From Rhodospirillales bacterium (GTDB lineage: Bacteria; Pseudomonadota; Alphaproteobacteria; Micavibrionales; Micavibrionaceae), in the NCBI GenBank assembly GCA_020638395.1, contig JACKIP010000009.1, positions 1,462-65,461 of the forward strand: 64,000 bases of DNA, in the 5' to 3' direction. Made by a program: the position numbers and the translations under genes. The first letter of the stretch is position 1. The number at the start of each line of letters is the position of its first letter. Below, one piece after another: positions 1-9,128 of the stretch. Below the pieces are notes generated by a model. It did not search any database. It worked only from the letters and a program-made list of their open reading frames with translations, and was not told the origin of the DNA.

Positions 1-113
1 TCGCGACCGCTTTTGGCGATCAGGGTCGGGTTGGTGGTGACGCCGTCCAGCAGGCCGGTACTCGCCAGATCCTTGATATCGTTCAGGTCCGAGGTATCTG
101 CAAAAAATTTCAT
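1..113 (-). CDS. tal: transaldolase (short Tal/Fsa family), N-terminal fragment; gene continues beyond window edge
   Basis: Reverse complement of 1-113 reads [37 protein letters not shown], the canonical N-terminus of short transaldolases; start codon complement at 111-113; too short for the ORF track. Confidence 0.6.
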   Translation of the reverse strand, partial: MKFFADTSDLNDIKDLASTGLLDGVTTNPTLIAKSGR

Positions 114-138
114 GTGTCGTCTTCCGTTCTTTTTGATT

Positions 139-2352
139 ATGCTGGCCTATATGAGCATTCCTGATCTGTTTTTGCAAGAGCGGAAAGTGGTTTCTGTCCT
201 GCCTGCGGCGTATGTCGGCAAGGCATATAGTTATGCGCTGCCGGAAGGGAGTGCGTTGCCGGAGCCGGGAACATTTGTCCGCATTCCCCTTCATAGCCGC
301 ACGGTTTTTGGGGTTGTGTGGGAACAGGAAGATCTTCCCCCGGCAACAGGAGCACTGAAAGAAATTCTGGAAATATATGATCTTCCGCCTCTGAGCGGGT
401 CTCAGCGCAAATTCATTGACCGGCTGGCGGATTATACATTATCGCCGCTGGGAGCGGTGCTGAAGATGACGTTATCTGCTCCGGCCGCGTTCGATTCTGA
501 AAAAGGAATATCTGCCTATCGGGCATTGGCGCAGACAGATATCCCTGAGAAATACCGGCAGGTTATGGCTTTTCTGCAGGGAGGGGAGGCCCGCACAACG
601 GTGCAAATTACGGCGGCAACCGGATGCTCTGCCGGGATGCTGAAAACCATGCTCCGGAATAATTTTCTGGAAAAAATAACGGTGACATCGCCGCCGCCCT
701 GTGAATTCCCCGATCCGGCGCGTGGATATTGCGAGCTATCTCCGGCGCAGGATACGGTCGCGCAGGCTCTGAGCACCAGTGTCAGACAAGCGTCCTATTC
801 CTGCACATTGCTGGACGGGGTCACCGGCTCCGGCAAGACGGAAGTCTATTTTGAAGCCGTCGCAGAAGCGTTAAGACAGGAAAAACAGGTGTTGATTCTG
901 TTGCCTGAGATCGCGCTGTCCAATGCGTTTCTGGACCGGTTTCAGCAACGGTTTGGCTGTGCGCCGGCTTTGTGGCACTCCGCCCTGACTCCTGCCCAGC
1001 GGCGGCACACATGGCGGGGCGTGTGCACGGGACGCACAAAAGTCGTGGTGGGGGCGCGTTCGGCCCTGCATTTGCCGTTCCCGTCACTGGGTGTTCTTAT
1101 CGTTGATGAGGAACATGATCCGGCCTATAAGCAGGAAGAGCAGGTCATTTATCATGCGCGGGATATGGCGGTGCTACGCGCACATCTTGAAAAAATTCCT
1201 ATTATATTGGTCTCCGCCACACCATCTCTGGAGACGATGCAAAATGTCTGGGAAGGACGATATCAGCATCTGGAACTTCCGGCGCGCTTTGGCGGTGCGC
1301 AATTGCCGCAGATTGATATTGTCGATATGCGTGACCACAAACCTCCGGATTCGCGGCATTTTCTGTCTGATATTTTACGAACAGCCCTGCAGGAGGCTCT
1401 TACCCGCAAGGAGCAGGGGCTTTTATTCCTGAATCGCCGCGGATATGCCCCTCTGACCCTGTGCCGCAGTTGCGGGCATCGTTTTGAGTGTCCGCGCTGT
1501 TCGGCATGGCTGACCGAGCATCGGCACAAAAGTATTTTGTGTTGTCACCACTGCGATTACAGCAAGCCTTATCCGGAGGTTTGCCCCGTGTGCGGCGATT
1601 CCGGGAGTCTGGCACCGTGCGGGCCAGGTGTGGAGCGCATTGCCGAGGAAGTGAAGGAATATTTTCCCGACTCGCGCATTGAAGTGCTGGCAAGCGATAT
1701 GAGCGAAAATCATGATGTGCTGAAAGCTGCGCTGACGCGGATCAGAAATCACGAGGTTGACGTTATTATCGGAACCCAGATTATTGCCAAAGGGCACCAT
1801 TTTCCCAAGCTGACCTGTGTCGGGGTGGTTGATGCGGATCTGGGGCTGGAAGGTGGCGATCTGCGGGCAACCGAGAAAACCTATCACTTATTACATCAGG
1901 TTGCCGGACGTGCCGGGCGTGAATCTCTGGAGGCACATGACCCGGGACGGGTGTTTCTGCAAACGTGGATGCCGGATCATCCGGTGATGCAGGCTCTGGC
2001 GGCGGGGGCGCGGGACGGATTTTTGCAGGCAGAAGCGGCCATGCGGGAAGCCGCGCACATGCCCCCCTATAGTCGTCTGAGCGCCTTGATTGTCAGTGGC
2101 ACGCATGAGGCGCAAACTCTGGAGATCGCCCGGCAGATCTCTGCCGTAGCCCCGCAGACGGCGCAGATCAGAGTATTGGGCCCGGCCCCGGCCCCGCTCT
2201 CGAAAATAAGGAATAAATTCCGCTACAGATTGCTGGTCATCGCCGATAAATCCCTGCATATTCAAAAAACCCTGCGGCACTGGCTGGGAGAGGTGAAAGT
2301 TCCCGCCGCCGTTCAGGTTTCGGTCGATATTGATCCCCAGAGTTTTTTGTAG
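139..2352 (+). CDS. priA: primosomal protein N' (PriA helicase)
   Basis: N-terminal [18 protein letters not shown] matches the PriA N-terminus; TGSGKTEVY Walker A, DEEH box, and a C-terminal Cys-rich zinc finger ([17 protein letters not shown]...CCHHCDY...CPVCG). The ORF-track 5' extension to 13 overlaps the divergent tal start; ATG at 139 chosen. Confidence 0.85.
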   Translation: MLAYMSIPDLFLQERKVVSVLPAAYVGKAYSYALPEGSALPEPGTFVRIPLHSRTVFGVVWEQEDLPPATGALKEILEIYDLPPLSGSQRKFIDRLADYTLSPLGAVLKMTLSAPAAFDSEKGISAYRALAQTDIPEKYRQVMAFLQGGEARTTVQITAATGCSAGMLKTMLRNNFLEKITVTSPPPCEFPDPARGYCELSPAQDTVAQALSTSVRQASYSCTLLDGVTGSGKTEVYFEAVAEALRQEKQVLILLPEIALSNAFLDRFQQRFGCAPALWHSALTPAQRRHTWRGVCTGRTKVVVGARSALHLPFPSLGVLIVDEEHDPAYKQEEQVIYHARDMAVLRAHLEKIPIILVSATPSLETMQNVWEGRYQHLELPARFGGAQLPQIDIVDMRDHKPPDSRHFLSDILRTALQEALTRKEQGLLFLNRRGYAPLTLCRSCGHRFECPRCSAWLTEHRHKSILCCHHCDYSKPYPEVCPVCGDSGSLAPCGPGVERIAEEVKEYFPDSRIEVLASDMSENHDVLKAALTRIRNHEVDVIIGTQIIAKGHHFPKLTCVGVVDADLGLEGGDLRATEKTYHLLHQVAGRAGRESLEAHDPGRVFLQTWMPDHPVMQALAAGARDGFLQAEAAMREAAHMPPYSRLSALIVSGTHEAQTLEIARQISAVAPQTAQIRVLGPAPAPLSKIRNKFRYRLLVIADKSLHIQKTLRHWLGEVKVPAAVQVSVDIDPQSFL

Positions 2353-2412
2353 CAAATAGAGGAAGATAACAGTTACAGGCTTCAAGAAGACTGCTATATA
2401 AGGAGGGTGAAA

Positions 2413-3201
2413 ATGCGTAACAGGGCCTCCGTGAATATTTTTCGTACCGATCTTTCGTCTCATATGACCTCATATGATCTGCTGAAAACCTTTGCGATTA
2501 TTCTGATGGTGATCGACCATCTGGGGTTTTTCTTTTTTCCTCACATTGAGGAACTGCGTCTCATCGGGCGGCTCTCTGCACCGATCTGGTTTTTTCTGAT
2601 CGGATATGCCAGGACGCGCAAGCTGGAGCTGCGCCTATGGATCTGGGGCGCGGTTTTGCTGTTTGGCGGGATGTGGATTCGGCAGGGGCACGGGTTTTTG
2701 CCGTTAAATATTCTGTTTGATTTTTTGTTGATCCGCGCCATCCTTGAGGTGGTGATGGCCCGTGCGGTGCGGAATTTCGAAACCTTATTTGGCATGTTCT
2801 GGCTGTTTGCTTTATTGGCCTTGCCGAGTATTTTCTTTCTGGAATATGGAACCTTTGGGGTTCTGTTTGCGATGATGGGATATCTGGCGCGCAACCGCGC
2901 AAACATTCCAACCCTGTCTTCCAAAGATATCAGGATTTTTATCCTTTTAACCACGCTCGCCTATGCGTTGGGCATGTGGCACGAATTCCGCTTCGAGACA
3001 GTAAATGCCGGGTTGATGACGGTTTTGCTGCTGTGTCAAAGCTTTTTACTGTTCTCCTTCAAGCCGGCCGACCTTCCGGTCAAAAACCCGATTGCGAGGC
3101 TGTTGAAATATCCGCTCTTCCTGACCGGCCGCCGGACACTGGAAATTTATGTCGTTCACCTGCTTATTTTTATGTATGTTAAAGCTTATGGCGTTTTTTG
3201 A
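2413..3201 (+). CDS. TraX-family polytopic membrane protein (pilin-acetylase family), paralog 1
   Basis: DLLKTFAIILMVIDHLGFFF matches the TraX signature D(I/L)(I/L)KTxAxxLMVxDH; multiple hydrophobic spans; track start 2407 is GTG, ATG at 2413 has an AGGAGG SD 6 nt upstream; paralogous to 4334-5080. Confidence 0.7.
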   Translation: MRNRASVNIFRTDLSSHMTSYDLLKTFAIILMVIDHLGFFFFPHIEELRLIGRLSAPIWFFLIGYARTRKLELRLWIWGAVLLFGGMWIRQGHGFLPLNILFDFLLIRAILEVVMARAVRNFETLFGMFWLFALLALPSIFFLEYGTFGVLFAMMGYLARNRANIPTLSSKDIRIFILLTTLAYALGMWHEFRFETVNAGLMTVLLLCQSFLLFSFKPADLPVKNPIARLLKYPLFLTGRRTLEIYVVHLLIFMYVKAYGVF

Positions 3202-3207
3202 ATTATT

Positions 3208-3338
3208 GAAGCCTCTGCAAAAGTCCAGAATCGTCATCCTGAGCCGCAGGAGAAGGATTTGGAATTATTGAAAAAGAAGATTCTTCGCTATGCTCAGAAT
3301 GACGGTTTTGTAAAATTGCAACCTTTTGCAGGGGCTTC
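3208..3338. repeat. ~120-bp nested-palindrome intergenic repeat (MITE/RPE-like), copy A
   Basis: Core cGTCATCCTGAGC...GAAGGAT...ATTCTTCGCT..GCTCAGAATGACGg with outer flank gaagcctctgcaaaag/cttttgcaggggcttc; alignable by eye to 23176-23280 (same orientation) and 29852-29972 (inverted); sits between convergent TraX and methyltransferase genes. Confidence 0.7.
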
Positions 3339-4270
3339 TATAGAGGTTTTTTCAAAATTGCGACGCAGGAAATATCCAGATTCAAGCGCTTCGCTTTTTC
3401 CAGACTAATCCCTGTTGCTGGAAATTCGTGAAATTCTTCTATTTCAAAGCCTTTGTTCAAGTACAAATTTTTTACCTCTTCCGGTGATCTCCAGAGAAAG
3501 ATGTGATCCGGAGCCGGGCTATTGACGGGGACGTTTATAAAAGCTCGCCCACCGGGTTTAAGGATCTTATAAATATGTTCAAGTCCTTTTTCAGGGTTTT
3601 CCGTGTGTTCCAGAACTTCGCTACAAATGACACTGTCATACTTGTTTCTTATACCGCTATCTTCCAGAACATCCTGTTCTCTCACATTAATATTTTCCGT
3701 GATGCCCATAGTTTTTAATGACTGTTTGGTCGCGGCCAGACTGGTTGCACTGATATCCCATGCTTCGAGTGCGCCATGACGGTCAGTTAGTGCGGCCAAT
3801 AACAGAAATAAGCCATGACCAGGACCAATATCCAGATGTTGGTAATTATCTGGGTTCATGTGCAAAAATTTAATTGAATATAAACAAAACGCTTTTGCAT
3901 GATTGGGCCAGAAAAATTGAGACATTAGTATGCCATGTACATATTTTCCCATATATTGAGGGTCATCATACACTTTTTCCTTTGCTTCCTGAATGGTGTT
4001 TAAACGGTAGGAATGATGTCTATGGAAATAAAGTTGTTCCTCTTGGAAACGCTCACACATCCATCGGTAATCTGCGAGATAGGATTTAAGGTTGTCTTTT
4101 ATTATTTTTACCGCAAACAGTGCAATTTTTTCTAGTTCCTTAATTTCTTCGTCGGATAATTGTGTGTATCCACGCCGTAGGGCCGTTTCATGTTCTGGCC
4201 ATATTTGAAGCAGATCTGTTGAAAAAGCGCTCAATTGGGGGAAACTCTTTAGAGTATCGATTTTAGTCAT
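3338..4270 (-). CDS. class I SAM-dependent methyltransferase with ~140-aa N-terminal extension
   Basis: Motif I LDIGPGHG, acidic post-I EAWDIS, VLEHTENPEKGLEHIYKILKPGGRAF motif; visibly AT-richer than surrounding housekeeping genes. Confidence 0.8.
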   Translation of the reverse strand: MTKIDTLKSFPQLSAFSTDLLQIWPEHETALRRGYTQLSDEEIKELEKIALFAVKIIKDNLKSYLADYRWMCERFQEEQLYFHRHHSYRLNTIQEAKEKVYDDPQYMGKYVHGILMSQFFWPNHAKAFCLYSIKFLHMNPDNYQHLDIGPGHGLFLLLAALTDRHGALEAWDISATSLAATKQSLKTMGITENINVREQDVLEDSGIRNKYDSVICSEVLEHTENPEKGLEHIYKILKPGGRAFINVPVNSPAPDHIFLWRSPEEVKNLYLNKGFEIEEFHEFPATGISLEKAKRLNLDISCVAILKKPL

Positions 4271-4333
4271 GATATGTAATCTCTGTATTTAAAAAATTAT
4301 ACGGTATTTATCCGGATAGTATATAAACTAAAT

Positions 4334-5080
4334 ATGTACCATAATCTAACAGCTTATACACTTTTGGCAATAACGGTTGTCTCTATGGTTGCGGGGCATG
4401 TGTTTTATTATTTCTATCCAGACGCTCTGTGGTTGCGGATACCGGATAGAATCCTGGTGCCTACTTTTCTTGTACTGATTGGTTATAATGTTGGGCGAAA
4501 ATCTGATTTTTTGATGTGGTTTGGTGCTATTGTCGTCATGGGGACGCACCTTCTCTTGTATCATGATATATGGATAAATGTTCTGGGTACATTTATCCTG
4601 GTGAGGGCCTTGATTGATCCGATAATGTATCTATTGTTACGAAGCAAATTCTGGTTTTGGTTCTTTAGTATTCTTTTCGTGGTGTTGTCGCCTGTCGCCA
4701 ATCATTTTTTTGAATATGGGACGATTGCTTTCACAATGGCAATGGCAGGTTGGATCAACAGAAATAGAGATGAAGCCAAGCATATTGTTGATCCTGACCA
4801 CTATTTTATTTTTGCGACAATTGGTTATATCTTTTTTACACAGGTGGTTTTTCATTTTTCTCAGCTGGAGTTAATGATTATTATCACCGGGACCGCCGTG
4901 ACAATGATTCTTTTGTATGATTTTAGAACACTTTTGATGAATTCTATTCGTCGGCGCCCTCGCGATCTGATTGAAAAAACCGTTAGTTTTATAGGACGAA
5001 AAAGTTTAGAAATATATGTGATCCATGTTGTTTTGTTCGAAATGATTCTTTATGCTGCTCTCCATAGAAGTTTGGGATAA
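4334..5080 (+). CDS. TraX-family polytopic membrane protein, paralog 2
   Basis: Collinear similarity to 2413-3201 (RxxxPxFLxLIGYxxxRK; FEYGTxxFxMxMxGxxxRNR; GR(K/R)(S/T)LEIYV(I/V)H(V/L)); highly hydrophobic; AT-rich. Confidence 0.7.
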   Translation: MYHNLTAYTLLAITVVSMVAGHVFYYFYPDALWLRIPDRILVPTFLVLIGYNVGRKSDFLMWFGAIVVMGTHLLLYHDIWINVLGTFILVRALIDPIMYLLLRSKFWFWFFSILFVVLSPVANHFFEYGTIAFTMAMAGWINRNRDEAKHIVDPDHYFIFATIGYIFFTQVVFHFSQLELMIIITGTAVTMILLYDFRTLLMNSIRRRPRDLIEKTVSFIGRKSLEIYVIHVVLFEMILYAALHRSLG

Positions 5081-5096
5081 TGGATGAGGAGAGGTT

Positions 5097-5330
5097 ATGT
5101 CAGATAAACTCATTGCGCTTTTTGCGGATATTTTAGAGATTTCGGAGGATATGCTTAATGATGAGACATCCCCCAAGAATACGTGGCAATGGGATAGCTT
5201 GACGGCTATGCACTTGATTGCCGCTATCGAGACGACATTTGACGTTCGGTTATCAACTAAGGAAATTGTCAGTATGGACAGCATCGCCAAGGTTCGTGCT
5301 GTGCTGCAGGGAAAAAATATTGATATCTAA
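5097..5330 (+). CDS. acyl carrier protein (stand-alone, FkbJ-like)
   Basis: 77 aa, acidic, phosphopantetheine attachment motif WDSLTAMHLIAAIE (DSL); SD GAGGAGAGG; 18 nt upstream of the FkbH-like gene. Confidence 0.75.
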   Translation: MSDKLIALFADILEISEDMLNDETSPKNTWQWDSLTAMHLIAAIETTFDVRLSTKEIVSMDSIAKVRAVLQGKNIDI

Positions 5331-5347
5331 AAAATCTGGATTCGTAC

Positions 5348-7009
5348 ATGGTTGAAGATGCTGGTTTCAGAATTGGGATTTCAGCCAGTGTAACGGGGGA
5401 TCCTCTGGTTCCTCATCTGCAAAAATATCTGGCTCGGAGGGGTATGAAATCTTCTGGTGTTCAGGTAGCCCCGTTTAACCAGATTCATCAGGTTTGCAGG
5501 CAGCACGAACAAGTGTTTGGCGGTTCCCCGGATATTATTTTTTTATCTTGGAGATTGGAAGACCTTCTGGGGTCTCCTTTATCTGATTGGGAGAAAATTC
5601 ATAAGGTACTGGGCGATTTGGCGGAGTCCGTATCTATTTTACGTCAAAATTTTTCTGGTACGCTCATTGTAACGCTTCCGGCCTGTCCTGTTGATTTTTC
5701 AAACGATCTTCTTTCTGTTACGCCTAATCCTGCATCTGTTTCTGTCGATCATCTTCGAGTGTTCTGGCTGGGCTTGTTAGAGAATAGGGGGAGTATTCAT
5801 CATCTTGATACGCATTCAATTTTACTCAAGATCGGACAGGATCAGGCTTATGACGCCCGGAAATGGTATCTTTATCGGCAACCCTGGAGTGAGCGTTTTT
5901 GGGAGCTTTTGGCCAGACAAGTCGGACGTATCATTTGTCTGCAAACATTACCCGCAAAGAAATGCATTGTTCTGGATGCGGATAATACGTTGTGGGGAGG
6001 GGTTGTTGGAGAAGACGGGTTGTCAGGCATTCATCTAGGGAATGATTTCCCTGGAAGGGTATACAAAGATTTTCAGAAATCTTTATCATTTCTTCAAAAA
6101 AAAGGTATTTTGTTAGCGATAGCCAGCAAGAATAATGAAGCTGATTTTTTTAGTGTACTGGATCAGCATGATGAAATGCTTCTCAAGCGAGAGGATTTTG
6201 TCGCTTTTGAGGTGCATTGGAACTCAAAAGTTGAAAGCCTTAAGAATATTGCCAAAAAATTAAACATTGGTCTTGATTCAATTGTGTTTATTGATGATTC
6301 AGGTAAAGAGATTGGTGAGGTAAAGGAACGGTTGCCAATGGTAACGTGTTTGCAGGTCCCTGAAGAAATTACGGATCTTCCGACTTTTTTACAAACAGAA
6401 GATATATTTGATATGGAAAGTATTACGGAGGAAGATCTTTTGCGGACAAGTCGTATACAGGCAACGGAGCAACGGCAACGCCTTCAGGAGGTTTTGTCCG
6501 AAGATGATTATAAATTGTCGCTTAATTTACAGATGTCTGTATTTCAGATGCAGGATCAGCATGTGCAGCGCATTGTGCAATTAATTAATAAAACGAACCA
6601 ATTCAATCTGACAACTATACGGCGCTCTCAGGAAGAAATTCAAGCTTTGGTCGCCTCTGGAAAGTATATTATTGTAGGGATGACTCTTGAGGATAAGTAT
6701 GGCGACTATGGGTTGGTGGGAGTTGCAATTGTTAAAAAAGAACACAATATCGGCATCATCGATACTTTTTTGATGAGTTGTCGGGTTTTGGGCCGAGATG
6801 CAGAAGTTGCCTTTTTAACGGCATTGGCAAATATCTCTCAGACTTACGGGTGCGAGTTTCTGCGTGGATACTATGTACGGACACTTAAAAATGAGATGGT
6901 TTCCAATTTCTATCAAAAACAGGGGTTTTCTTCTGTTGGTGATTTCTGGCAGGCTTCTTGTGAGGATATTAAGGCATTACAGCACATTGTTGACGTTAAA
7001 ATCATTTAG
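5348..7009 (+). CDS. FkbH-like protein: HAD-IIIC phosphatase domain plus C-terminal GNAT-like acyltransferase domain (putative glyceryl-ACP forming enzyme)
   Basis: HAD motif I VLDADNTLWGGVVGEDG, motif III LAIASKNNE, motif IV FIDDS; C-terminal ~220 aa acyltransferase-like (IIVGMTLEDKYGDYGLVGVAIV...CRVLGRDAE); family pairing with a preceding dedicated ACP as in FkbH/FkbJ. Confidence 0.75.
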   Translation: MVEDAGFRIGISASVTGDPLVPHLQKYLARRGMKSSGVQVAPFNQIHQVCRQHEQVFGGSPDIIFLSWRLEDLLGSPLSDWEKIHKVLGDLAESVSILRQNFSGTLIVTLPACPVDFSNDLLSVTPNPASVSVDHLRVFWLGLLENRGSIHHLDTHSILLKIGQDQAYDARKWYLYRQPWSERFWELLARQVGRIICLQTLPAKKCIVLDADNTLWGGVVGEDGLSGIHLGNDFPGRVYKDFQKSLSFLQKKGILLAIASKNNEADFFSVLDQHDEMLLKREDFVAFEVHWNSKVESLKNIAKKLNIGLDSIVFIDDSGKEIGEVKERLPMVTCLQVPEEITDLPTFLQTEDIFDMESITEEDLLRTSRIQATEQRQRLQEVLSEDDYKLSLNLQMSVFQMQDQHVQRIVQLINKTNQFNLTTIRRSQEEIQALVASGKYIIVGMTLEDKYGDYGLVGVAIVKKEHNIGIIDTFLMSCRVLGRDAEVAFLTALANISQTYGCEFLRGYYVRTLKNEMVSNFYQKQGFSSVGDFWQASCEDIKALQHIVDVKII

Positions 7010-7013
7010 CCTC

Positions 7014-7988
7014 TTAACTATCCACCGCCGAGAACCCGGTTTTGCGGTGGAAGTTATGGTGGGCTTCGATGCGGCGGATGGTGCCGGATTTCGAGCGCAT
7101 GACGATGGAGTGGGTGACGGCTCCGCCGGGGAAGCGCCGCACGCCTTTGAGCATGGGGCCGTCTGTGACGCCTGTTGCCGCGAACATGACGTTTCCGGGG
7201 GCGGCCATATCGTCCTGGGTGTAAATTCTTTTTAGGTCGCGAATGCCCCATTTTTCCGCGCGGGCGATCTCGTCATTATTCCGGAAGACCAGACGCCCCA
7301 GCATTTGCCCGCCGGTGCATTGCAGAGCTGCCGCCGCCAGCACGCCTTCGGGCGCACCGCCGGTGCCGACATACAGGTCAATACCGCTCTCCGCCTCGGC
7401 GCAGGCAATCACCGCACTGACATCGCCATCTGAAATCAGGCAAATGCGCGCTCCGGCCTGGCGCACCTGCGTTATCAGGTCTTCATGGCGGGGCCGGTCA
7501 AGAATGCAAACGTTCAAATCCTTGACCTGCCCGCCTTTTTCAGCGGCAAGTTTTTGCAAAATATCGGCAAGCGGCGCGTCCAGATCGAGGATATTTTTTG
7601 AAAAACCGGGGCCGACGGCGATTTTTTCCATATAGGTGTCCGGCGCATTCAGAAAGCCCCCTTCATCGGCCATCGCAACGACCGCCAGAGCATTGGGGCC
7701 GCCTCTGGCCACGATAGAGGTCCCTTCCAGAGGATCAAGGGCGATGTCAATCCGGGGGCCTTTGCCGAGTCCGACTTCCTCACCGATATATAGCATGGGG
7801 GCTTCGTCACGTTCCCCTTCGCCGATGACGACCCGCCCCTGAATATACAGGGAATTGAAGGCTTCGCGCATGGCTTCCACGGCGGCATGATCGGCGGCTT
7901 TTTCATCGCCGCACCCCACCAGTTTTGATGCGGCCAGAGCCGCCGCTTCCGTCACGCGCACGACTTCCAGCGCCAGATTCCGGTCCAT
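7014..7988 (-). CDS. glpX: fructose-1,6-bisphosphatase class II (GlpX)
   Basis: MDRNLALEVVRVTEAAALAASKLVGCGDEKAADHAAVEAMR...VIGEGERDEAPMLYIGEEVG aligns residue-for-residue with GlpX from its N-terminus; track ORF extends 19 aa further to 8045 (alternative start). Confidence 0.85.
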   Translation of the reverse strand: MDRNLALEVVRVTEAAALAASKLVGCGDEKAADHAAVEAMREAFNSLYIQGRVVIGEGERDEAPMLYIGEEVGLGKGPRIDIALDPLEGTSIVARGGPNALAVVAMADEGGFLNAPDTYMEKIAVGPGFSKNILDLDAPLADILQKLAAEKGGQVKDLNVCILDRPRHEDLITQVRQAGARICLISDGDVSAVIACAEAESGIDLYVGTGGAPEGVLAAAALQCTGGQMLGRLVFRNNDEIARAEKWGIRDLKRIYTQDDMAAPGNVMFAATGVTDGPMLKGVRRFPGGAVTHSIVMRSKSGTIRRIEAHHNFHRKTGFSAVDS

Positions 7989-8048
7989 AGAAAATTTTTC
8001 TATGTCAAATGGAGGGGTGGGAGCGGTGAAGGGGATGTGGATCATGAT

Positions 8049-8804
8049 CTATTTTTTGCTGGAAGTTACTTTTTCTGAAATGCCTTTGAGCAAATCCATC
8101 GGGAAGGGAAGCACAATCGTGCTGCCCTTGGCATTGACGAAATCATTCAAAGTACCGAGATAGCGCAACTGCATTGTCTCCGGGCGGTTGGCCAGAATGG
8201 CCGCCGCTTCGTCCAGCTGCTTGGCGGCCTGAAATTCCCCTTCGGCATTGATGATCTTGGCGCGGCGCTCCCGCTCGGCTTCGGCCTGCTTGGCAATGGC
8301 GCGGATCATAGAGGGGTCAATATCGACCTGTTTAATCTCAACATTGGTGACCTTGATTCCCCAGCCTTCGGCCTGATGATCCAGCAATTCCTGCAGGTCG
8401 TGGTTCAACTGGTCGCGGTTGGACAGCATGTCATCCAGCTCGTGTTTCCCCAGAACAGAGCGCAGGGTCGTCTGTGCCAGCTGGGCGGTTGCGTACAGAA
8501 AATCCTCCACCGCGTTGATCGCATTGCCCGGATCGACCACCCGGTAATAGACAACGGCGCTGACCCGGACGGATACGTTATCGCGGGAGATCACATCCTG
8601 CGCGGGGACGTCTTCGGTGCGCACGCGCATATCAACCTTGGTCATCTGCTGGAGTCCGGGGACGATCAGGCGCAGACCGGGCTTCACGATACCGGTAAAT
8701 TTCCCCAGAGTATAAATCACGCCGCGCTCATATTCCTTGATGATTTTGACGCAGGCAAAAAGAAAAATCCCCAGCAGAATCAGAACGGGAACAATAAACG
8801 GCAT
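8049..8804 (-). CDS. SPFH/band-7 (stomatin/HflC-like) membrane protein
   Basis: N-terminal TM helix then IIKEYERGVIYTLGKF...VDMRVRT...DNVSVRVSAVVYYRVVDP, typical slipin/QmcA pattern; coiled-coil EAERERRAKIINAEGE. Confidence 0.8.
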   Translation of the reverse strand: MPFIVPVLILLGIFLFACVKIIKEYERGVIYTLGKFTGIVKPGLRLIVPGLQQMTKVDMRVRTEDVPAQDVISRDNVSVRVSAVVYYRVVDPGNAINAVEDFLYATAQLAQTTLRSVLGKHELDDMLSNRDQLNHDLQELLDHQAEGWGIKVTNVEIKQVDIDPSMIRAIAKQAEAERERRAKIINAEGEFQAAKQLDEAAAILANRPETMQLRYLGTLNDFVNAKGSTIVLPFPMDLLKGISEKVTSSKK

Positions 8805-8888
8805 AATTCAATCTCCTTTTTATAAATCGGCTTTATAAGTGGTATTGGTATGTAAATATGGACAGTGTGCGTTCAAATCTTCATGTCT

Positions 8889-8921
8889 CCGTCATTACAC
8901 GCACAAGGCGTGTGATGACGG
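8889..8921. repeat. REP-like hairpin, copy 1 (ccgtcatTACACGCacaagGCGTGTGAtgacgg)
   Basis: Near-perfect 14-bp stem with 5-nt loop; same CACACGC-ACAAG-GCGTGTG core at 23330-23360 and 27187-27217; intergenic. Confidence 0.65.
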
Positions 8922-9128
8922 GATTTGGAGATGTCTCTATCTATTTCTACTTCCCAATGTTTTATAAACAGCCTGTTCATCTAAACATATTTTATTCGCT
9001 CTGAACAGGGACCTTTCCTGATTTTATCCTCAAGAAAAACTTGAATTTCTCCGATGCTTTGTGGCATGATGGGTTCAAATTATTTTTGGATATGGAAATT
9101 AAGCTTTCAAAAAAATTAAGAGGGATGA

